Shown: positions 55,661-64,000 of the stretch, in pieces
Layout: every line of letters begins with the position of its first letter
Numbering within the stretch: the first letter of the stretch is position 1
Origin: Acidobacteriota bacterium
GTDB taxonomy: Bacteria; Acidobacteriota; Thermoanaerobaculia; Gp7-AA8
Direction of reading: 5' to 3'
Length of the DNA: 64,000 nt
NCBI GenBank assembly: GCA_003223645.1
Contig: QHVT01000023.1
Coordinates: 32,960 to 96,959, forward strand
Position numbers and translations under genes: made by a program
The notes under the pieces: generated by a model
Databases searched by the model: none
The model's input: the letters and a program-made list of their open reading frames with translations, nothing else
Told to the model about the DNA's origin: nothing

Positions 55661-56348
55661 TGAAGGCAGAAGGCAGAAGGCAGAAGGCAGAAGTGAGAAG
55701 TTGCGCTTCCGCGTGCGGTTTGCTTGCTCACTTCTGCTTTCTGCCTTCTGCCTTCTGCCTTCATTCGGTTGTCGCCAAAAGATGGCCAACCAACCCCGCT
55801 ACGATCCTCTCGAAGCCAGCGACTTCTTCACCGACGGCATGTCCGCGCGTCCGCGCATCGCCGGCACCGTCGCGCGCGGTGAGCTCGTCACGAACGAGTT
55901 TTTCTCGACCGGAAAAATGGGCGGACGAGACGGAAACGGATTTCCGGTTCCGGTCGACGCCGCGCTGCTCGATCGTGGCAACGAGCGCTTCAATATTTAC
56001 TGCACGCCGTGCCATGGCCGGCTCGGCGACGGCAAGGGCATGATTCCGTCGCGCGGCTACCGCCATCCGCCGACGTTCCACAGCGACGCGTTGCGCAACC
56101 AGCCGACCGGGCACTTCTTCGACGTCATGACCAATGGATTCGGCGCGATGCCGCAATACGGAACGATCATTCCGCCGCGCGACCGCTGGGCGATCATCGC
56201 CTACATCCGCGCGCTGCAGCTCAGTCAGAACGCGACCGCGGCGGACGTTCCGTCCAACGTGAAACTCGAAAGTGGAGGACAGGCAATCCTGCCTGTCCCG
56301 CCGAATGGACAGGCGGGATCGCCTGTCGTCCACGGAGGCGCGCGGTGA
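55647..56348 (+). CDS. actE: Alternative complex III monoheme lipoprotein cytochrome c
   Basis: SD GGAGG; SFGC lipobox-like then RQKMANQP; CTPCHG; [13 protein letters not shown]. Confidence 0.9.
   Translation: MSRGNEGRRQKAEGRSEKLRFRVRFACSLLLSAFCLLPSFGCRQKMANQPRYDPLEASDFFTDGMSARPRIAGTVARGELVTNEFFSTGKMGGRDGNGFPVPVDAALLDRGNERFNIYCTPCHGRLGDGKGMIPSRGYRHPPTFHSDALRNQPTGHFFDVMTNGFGAMPQYGTIIPPRDRWAIIAYIRALQLSQNATAADVPSNVKLESGGQAILPVPPNGQAGSPVVHGGAR
55659..55765. repeat. GAAGGCA fold-back inside the actE signal-peptide region
   Basis: Same element as 37557-37643. Confidence 0.92.
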
Positions 56349-57547
56349 CCGTCGCACCGGAACAGCGGCCCGCGCCCGTCACCGGCATCGCGCGCGCGCA
56401 AGTGCCGGCGCTCATCGTCGGCATCATCGGCGTCGCCGTCGCCGGCTTCGGCTTCGTCACCAACGCGCCCGAGTTTTACCGGGCGTGGCTGCCGGCCTAC
56501 CTCTTCTGGTTCCTCATCGCCGCGGGCTCGATCGCCGTGATGTGTCTGCAGTACATCACCGGCGGCGAGTGGGGCGTGTTGATCCGCCGTCCGCTCGGCG
56601 CGGCCTCGCGCACGATTCCGCTGTTCATCCTCTTCGCGATCCCGCTCGTCCTCGGGCTCGAGCACATTTACGTCTGGGCCGACAAGGCCGTGGTCGCGCA
56701 CGACGTGCTGCTGCAGAAGAAACAGCTGTACCTCAACGCGACGGGATGGATCATTCGCGGCCTCGTCTTCTTCGCGCTCTGGACGTTGTGGGTCTGGCGT
56801 ATCCGCGTCCTCTCGCTCGACTTCGCGAAAACGCGCTCGCCGTTCACCGATCTCTCTCGCCGCCGCTGGAGCGCGAGCGGTCTCCTGATGATCGTCCTCA
56901 CGCTGTCGCTCGCATCCGTCGACTGGGTGATGTCGCTCGAGCCGAAGTGGTACTCGACGATGTTCGGCATCTCCTTCACCGTCGAGTCGGGACTCTCGGC
57001 CTTCGCATTCGTCACGCTCTTCCTCGTGCTGCTGTCGTCGACGCCGGCGATGCGCGACATCCTCAAGCCGTCGCACTTCCGCGACCTCGGCAACCTGATG
57101 CTCGCGTTCACCATGTTGTGGGCGTACACGAACTTCTCGCAGTTCCTGCTGATCTGGTACGGCAACATCAAGGAAGAGACGCCTTACTACCTCAAGCGCA
57201 TGCACGGCGTGTGGGGATGGATGGCCACGGCGCTGATCCTCTTCCACTTCTTCCTGCCGTTCTTCCTGCTGCTGATGCGCCCGATCAAGGACCATCCGAA
57301 GACGATCGGCGTCGTCACCGTCATCATCCTCTTCATGCGTTTCGTCGACGTGTACTGGCTCGTCGGGCCGGCGCACTACGCGACGATTCCGCCGACGTTC
57401 TGGATCACGATCTTCGCGTTCCTCGGCATCGGCGGGCTGTGGCTCGCCGCGTTCATCTGGCAGCTGAAGGGGCAGACCATCATTCCGATTCACGAGACCT
57501 GGGTCGAAGAGGCCATCCGCGAAGGAGCGCTGACTCGAAATGCCTGA
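56345..57547 (+). CDS. actF: Alternative complex III membrane subunit (GTG start)
   Basis: ~10 TM; DWVMSLEPKWYSTMFG, DLGNL, SQFLLIWYGN. Confidence 0.92.
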   Translation: MTVAPEQRPAPVTGIARAQVPALIVGIIGVAVAGFGFVTNAPEFYRAWLPAYLFWFLIAAGSIAVMCLQYITGGEWGVLIRRPLGAASRTIPLFILFAIPLVLGLEHIYVWADKAVVAHDVLLQKKQLYLNATGWIIRGLVFFALWTLWVWRIRVLSLDFAKTRSPFTDLSRRRWSASGLLMIVLTLSLASVDWVMSLEPKWYSTMFGISFTVESGLSAFAFVTLFLVLLSSTPAMRDILKPSHFRDLGNLMLAFTMLWAYTNFSQFLLIWYGNIKEETPYYLKRMHGVWGWMATALILFHFFLPFFLLLMRPIKDHPKTIGVVTVIILFMRFVDVYWLVGPAHYATIPPTFWITIFAFLGIGGLWLAAFIWQLKGQTIIPIHETWVEEAIREGALTRNA

Positions 57548-58091
57548 GCACATCCAGTATCAGGACGACGAGCTGTTCAATCCTGAGACGCATCACGAGG
57601 AATCGGATGTGCCGATCAAGCCGCTCTTCTGGGCGATCGGAATCTTCATCGTCTTCGCGATCGTCACGCATCTCGTCCTCGCGTGGATGTACGAGGGATT
57701 CCGCAAAGGAGAAGAGAAGCGGATGGATCCGCCGTACACGCAGGTCGCCTTGCCGCGTGACGCGTACGTCCCGAAGAACCAGCCCCTGCTCCAGCCGTTC
57801 CCGCGCGAAGGCCACGCGCCGCGCGAAGACACGCCGGTGACCGACCTCGTGCAGATGCGCGCGCGCGAAGAAACGCAGCTGCATTCGTACGGCTGGGTCG
57901 ATCAGCAAAAAGGCGTCGTGCACATCCCGATCGAAAACGCGAAGCAGATCATGCTCCAGCGCGGCTTCCCCACGGCCACCGCACCACCGCCGCCCGCGCC
58001 ACCCAGTGGAGCGGCGCCCGCTTCGGGCGCCGGCCCTCGCGAGAAACCGGCGGCCGAAGCGGCCGCCGCTCCACACGGAGGCGCGCAATGA
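57540..58091 (+). CDS. Single-TM ACIII-associated protein
   Basis: HEESDV, TM, YGWVD..GVVHIPIENAK; between actF and SCO. Confidence 0.8.
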   Translation: MPEHIQYQDDELFNPETHHEESDVPIKPLFWAIGIFIVFAIVTHLVLAWMYEGFRKGEEKRMDPPYTQVALPRDAYVPKNQPLLQPFPREGHAPREDTPVTDLVQMRAREETQLHSYGWVDQQKGVVHIPIENAKQIMLQRGFPTATAPPPPAPPSGAAPASGAGPREKPAAEAAAAPHGGAQ

Positions 58092-59080
58092 TCGCAACGC
58101 TCGCGCTCTTCGCGCTCATCACGTCGGCGACACCGCCCGACCTCCCGGGCCCGGTCTCGATCCAGCAGAAGCTCAACACGCAGATTCCGCTCGATCTGAT
58201 GTTCCGCGACGAGACGGGAAAGATCGTCCGGCTGCGCCAGTACTTCGGCAAGAAGCCGGTCGTGCTCGACTTCGTCTACTACCGCTGCCCGATGCTCTGC
58301 CCGATCGTCCTCGATGGGACGACCGAGGCGCTGACGAATCTGAAATACGACATCGGAAAAGAGTTCGACGTCATCACCGTCAGCATCGATCCGCGCGACA
58401 AAGTCGAAGACGCCGCGCGGATGAAAGAGAAGTACATCAAGCGCTACGGCCGCCTCGACTCCGCGCCCGGCTGGCACTTCCTCACCGCGAACGAGACCCC
58501 GATCAAGCAGCTCGCCGACGCCGTCGGCTTCCAGTTCGCGTATGACGCGAAGATGGACCAGTTCGCGCACGGCGCCGCGCTCTTCGTCCTCACCCCCGAC
58601 GGCCGCACCTCGCGCTACTTCTACGGCTTCGAATACAAGCCGCGCGACTTGCGGCTCGCGATTTTCGAAGCGTCGCAGGGAAAGATCGGCGGCGTCGTCG
58701 AACAGGTCCTCCTGCTCTGCTTTCACTACGACCCGAAAGTCGGCAAGTACAGCCGCGACGCGATGATCTTCGTGCGCGCCGGCGGCGTGACGACGATGCT
58801 GGCGCTGGGTGGATTCATTTTCGTGATGATTCGTAAGGAGCGGATGGCAGATGGCAGACGGCAGATGGCAGAGAAGCGGATGGCAGATGGCAGACGGCAG
58901 ATGGCGGAACAGATGGCAGATGGCAGACGGCAGATGGCGGAAGACGCCACTGCTGACTCTTCGCCATCCGCCATCTGCCATCCGCCATCCAATTCGCCAT
59001 CCGCCATCAGCCATCCGCCATCCGACCCGCCATCCGCCATCCGCCATCTGCCATCCGACCGGGAGGGCGGCCGCCCGTGA
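58088..59080 (+). CDS. SCO1/SenC family copper chaperone with repeat-derived tail
   Basis: CPMLC, SIDPRD, WHFLT, FAH, C-terminal TM. Confidence 0.92.
   Translation: MIATLALFALITSATPPDLPGPVSIQQKLNTQIPLDLMFRDETGKIVRLRQYFGKKPVVLDFVYYRCPMLCPIVLDGTTEALTNLKYDIGKEFDVITVSIDPRDKVEDAARMKEKYIKRYGRLDSAPGWHFLTANETPIKQLADAVGFQFAYDAKMDQFAHGAALFVLTPDGRTSRYFYGFEYKPRDLRLAIFEASQGKIGGVVEQVLLLCFHYDPKVGKYSRDAMIFVRAGGVTTMLALGGFIFVMIRKERMADGRRQMAEKRMADGRRQMAEQMADGRRQMAEDATADSSPSAICHPPSNSPSAISHPPSDPPSAIRHLPSDREGGRP
58841..59057. repeat. Triple-block GATGGCA fold-back read in frame in SCO
   Basis: 3 left and 3 right blocks; no stop until 59078-59080. Confidence 0.92.
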
Positions 59081-60041
59081 TGCTCTCCGATTTCCCGCTG
59101 TTCCCGGAGGCGGCGTCGAGCGTCGCAAAGTACGTCGACGGCCTGTACCTCGCGCTGATCCTGCTCACCGGCACGGTGTCGCTGCTGATCTGGGCGGCGA
59201 TCTTCTACCTCGCCATCAAGTACCGCCGCCGCCCCGATAACGAGCTCGCGCAGGAGCAGGAGCCGCCGGCCGCGCTGGAGATGACCTGGATCGTCGTCCC
59301 GACCATCATCTTCCTGGCCATCTTCGTCGCCGGCGCGTGGGTCTACTTCCGCATCCAGCGCGTCCCGACGAACGCTCTCGAAGTGTATGCCACGGGCAGA
59401 CAGTGGATGTGGAAGTTCCAGCATACGACCGGACAGCGCGAGATCAACACGCTTCACGTTCCGGTCAACCGTCCCGTGAAGATCACGATGGCGTCGGAAG
59501 ACGTCATTCACAGCTTGTGGTTCCCCGCATTCCGCGTGAAGAACGACGTCCTGCCGAATCGCTACCGCACGTTGTGGTTCCAGGCCACGAAGACCGGCCG
59601 CTTCCACATCTTCTGCGCCGAATACTGCGGCACGCTGCACAGCGGGATGATCGGCTGGGTCGAAGTGATGGAGCCGACCGAATATCAGAAGTGGCTCGCC
59701 GGCGGCAGCGAAGGATCGCTGGCCACGCAGGGCGAACAGCTCTTCCAGAAGCTCGCGTGCGCCACGTGCCACACCAATGACGCCACCGGCCGCGGCCCGG
59801 TGCTCGCCGGCATCGTTGGCAAGCAGGTCCCGCTCGCCGACGGGCACAGCGTCATCGCCGACGACAACTATCTGCGCGAGTCGATTCTCAACCCGACCGC
59901 GAAAGTCGCCGCCGGCTTCCAGCCGATCATGCCGGCCTTCCAGGGACAGGTCAGCGAAGAAGACCTGATCCGCCTCATCGCCTTCGTGAAGACGATGCAG
60001 CCCGCTACGAACGTAGCACCACCGCAGCAGCCGAGGAATCC

Positions 60042-60045
<4 letters not shown>
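59077..60045 (+). CDS. coxB: Cytochrome c oxidase subunit II with fused cytochrome c (caa3)
   Basis: [17 protein letters not shown] (CuA), CATCH. Confidence 0.96.
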
Positions 60046-61695
<1,650 letters not shown>

Positions 61696-61703
<8 letters not shown>

Positions 61704-62397
61704 TCCCACGCTGCATGACTTGCAGCATCCGGGCTCGGAAGAGGCGCACGTGCCTCACCACCCGTTTCTGCAGCATCACTTCGAGGACCTCGGCCAGCAG
61801 CACGAAGCGTCGACGCTGGGGATGTGGTTCTTCGTCGCGCAGGAGATCCTCTTCTTCGGCGGCATCTTCGCCGCGTACACGGTCTACCGTGTCATGTATC
61901 CGGCCGCATGGAGCGCGGGCGCGCATCATCAGAACTGGCGCATCGGTTTCGCCAACACCATCGTCCTGATTGCGAGCTCGCTCACGATGGCGCTGGCCGT
62001 GTGGGGCGCGCAGGGAGCGAAGCGGAAGTTCACGACGCTGATGCTCGTCCTGACGCTGTTCCTCGGCATGACCTTCATCGGCGTCAAAGCGTTCGAATAC
62101 CGCGAGCACATTCACGAGGGACTCTTCCCCGGATCGGCGTTCACGTACGTCGATCACGAACACCCCGAGCTCACCCGCGGCGTCGAGCTGTTCATGCTCT
62201 TCTACTTCATCATGACCGGCCTGCACGCGCTGCACATGATCATCGGCGCCGGCCTGCTCATCTGGTTCATCCGCCGTTCCTGGAGAGGCGACTTCGGCGA
62301 GGAGTACTACAGCCCGGTCGAGATCATGGGCCTGTACTGGCACTTCGTCGACATCGTCTGGATCTTCCTCTTCCCGCTCTTGTACCTGATTCACTGA
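61696..62397 (+). CDS. coxC: Cytochrome c oxidase subunit III
   Basis: [17 protein letters not shown]. Confidence 0.95.
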
Positions 62398-62405
62398 GGA
62401 CCCGA

Positions 62406-62738
62406 ATGGCACACGCACCCGACCACGCAGACCACGTCGGCCACGGCCCGGCCCACCACCGCGCCCCGATCGGCATGTACCTCGCCGTCTTCGTCGCGCT
62501 GATGGTGTTCACCGTGCTGACCGTCGCCGCCTCCCGCGTGAACCTCCACCAGTGGAACACTCCGATCGCCCTCGCCATCGCCGTCATCAAAGCCACCCTG
62601 GTCATCCTCTGGTTCATGCACGTCATCCACTCCCCGCGCATGACCTGGATCGTGGTGATCAGCTCGTTCCTCTGGTTGGGCGTCCTGTTCGTCCTGACCT
62701 TCAGCGACTACCTGACCCGCGGCTGGCCCATCTACTAG
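62406..62738 (+). CDS. coxD: Cytochrome c oxidase subunit IV
   Basis: ATG after GAGG; 3 TM, IKATLVILWFMH. Confidence 0.9.
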   Translation: MAHAPDHADHVGHGPAHHRAPIGMYLAVFVALMVFTVLTVAASRVNLHQWNTPIALAIAVIKATLVILWFMHVIHSPRMTWIVVISSFLWLGVLFVLTFSDYLTRGWPIY

Positions 62739-62755
62739 CGGGACGTCAACGCTGG

Positions 62756-62865
62756 TGTGGTGACCGCGCTGGCTTGTGGCGACCGCTGCCGTGTGGTGAC
62801 CGCTGCCTTGTGGTGACCGCTGCCCTCAGCGGTCACAGCGCCGCCCGCCTCTTGGCGGCGCCACA
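62756..62865. repeat. Four tandem TGTGGTGACCGC units ending in a REP-like hairpin
   Basis: ~17-21 nt period, closing CCACA. Confidence 0.75.
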
Positions 62866-62900
62866 TCGTGAACGATCTTGAAGCACTACAGGACCCCTTT

Positions 62901-63246
62901 CGCGATGTCGTCGTTGACTTCCCGGATGTCAATTTGACATCGGCGCTTTCATCGTCCTTTCGGCGAAGTCAATTTGACATCGGCGAATTCATCGATCCTT
63001 TCCGCGATGTCAATTTGACATCGGCGCTTTCATCGATCCTTTCGGCGATGTCAATTTGACATCGGCGCTTTCATCGATCCTTTCCGCGATGTCAATTTGA
63101 CATCGGCGCTTTCATCGATCCTTTCCGCGATGTCAATTTGACATCGGCGAATTCATCGATCCTTTCGGCGAAGTCATTTTGACTTCCGCGAGGTCATCAT
63201 GCTTTGGGCGATGTCCACGTTGACTCCCGGCGAAGGATCAACGATC
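62901..63246. repeat. Tandem array: 7 x ~41-bp units built on palindrome GATGTCAA-T-TTGACATC, degenerate ~21-bp flanks
   Basis: Unit starts 62925, 62965, 63006, 63047, 63088, 63129, 63170 (last degenerate). Confidence 0.95.
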
Positions 63247-63321
63247 GGAAGGAACATAACTTCCACACACATTTATGTGTCCACGTACTTCATTCCCTAC
63301 ATCCCATCACTCTGGAATCCC

Positions 63322-63374
63322 GTCATTCTGAGCGTAGCGAAGAATCTCAAGTTGCGTGTTTTGAGATCTTTGAC
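63322..63374. repeat. Partial GTCATTCTGAGCG..CGAAGAATCT palindromic element
   Basis: Left arm resembles 9151 family; right arm degenerate. Confidence 0.6.
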
Positions 63375-63450
63375 AGCCTTTTTTCGGCTTGAAATCGAAG
63401 TGAAATGCCAGGCTTGCATCGTGCCAATCAAATGTGTCATACTGTCGAGG

Positions 63451-64000
63451 ATGGTACGATCGAACCACGTTTCGGCGCCGAAGAGCGCCACCGGCAAATG
63501 CCGGGACCGCCGCCACCCCTGGGGCCGGCGGCGGCTGGCGTGGGTGCGCTCGTTCCGGCGCGCGCAGCGCGAGCTTGATGCCTGTGTCGCGCTGATCGAT
63601 TCGTCTCTGCGCACGGCCGCTGCCTCGGAGCACTCCGTCCACGGGCGGCCGATCCGCACCTCCCGCGACTTGCATCAAGCTACGAGCCAGCTGGCCGATG
63701 CCTCCGGCCGGCTTGGGCGCGCCGCGAGCGCGCTCGCCAGGACGAACGAGTACATGGCCCGCGAGCCGGAGCGCGCAGTGGGGGCGCCGGCACTCATCAT
63801 CAGCGAAACCGAGCGCTGGGTCGACGTCGCCGCCTACCTCCAGGAAGCGGCCGGCGGCGTCTTCGCCCTCCAGGAGAACGTGCTCGGCGCCCTCGAGTCG
63901 GGAGAGCTCGTCCCGGAGCCGGAACCCGAGCGCCGTCCGCGCATCGTCCTCGTCCCGCGTCCCGCACCCGTCCGCGCGTTCCTGCGCCTCCGGCTGCCGC
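63451..64000 (+). CDS. Hypothetical helical protein, 3'-truncated (not in ORF track)
   Basis: Open frame from ATG 63451 to window end (MVRSNHVSAPKS..RPRIVLVPRPAPVRAFLRLRLP); TTGCAT-18-CATACT upstream. Confidence 0.65.
   Translation, partial: MVRSNHVSAPKSATGKCRDRRHPWGRRRLAWVRSFRRAQRELDACVALIDSSLRTAAASEHSVHGRPIRTSRDLHQATSQLADASGRLGRAASALARTNEYMAREPERAVGAPALIISETERWVDVAAYLQEAAGGVFALQENVLGALESGELVPEPEPERRPRIVLVPRPAPVRAFLRLRLP

Noticed and set aside
62901-63246. CRISPR array
   Set aside because: Sequences between the palindromes are near-identical and only ~24 nt, not unique spacers; no cas genes in the window.

Overview
High-GC bacterial chromosome segment; gene content and order suggest Acidobacteriota, possibly Thermoanaerobaculia (inference). 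1-19.4 kb: 5'-truncated fusA, tuf and the full S10-spc-alpha ribosomal superoperon through rpoA-rplQ. 19.5-36.8 kb: accessory genes (DUF885, M28 peptidase, DUF4097 plus a duplicated 3' end, an ALDH / glutamine-synthetase-like / SDR cluster, two receiver proteins, a 2-hydroxyacid dehydrogenase, TetR-ABC exporter, HEAT-cyclophilin-thioredoxin lipoprotein). 36.9-44.1 kb: cytochrome c maturation system I (ccmABCDEFGH plus a CcmI-like gene). 44.2-47.5 kb: TPP riboswitch, TonB receptor, PnuC, NadR-type kinase. 48-62.7 kb: a miniature ECF sigma with a cupin anti-sigma, then an alternative complex III plus A2-type caa3 oxidase operon. The genes are mostly familiar. The unusual layer is the repeat DNA. 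About 20 'fold-back microsatellites' (6-9 nt tandem units followed by their reverse complement, at least eight different unit sequences) and several REP-like palindrome families fill intergenic spacers, nest inside each other and are read in frame in about 8 proteins. One builds the ActE lipoprotein signal peptide and others may supply -10 boxes. There are also two arrays of ~21-bp palindromic units and two local duplications bracketing such elements. No transposase, integrase, cas gene, rRNA or tRNA was seen. Coordinates were counted by hand and repeat boundaries are approximate.
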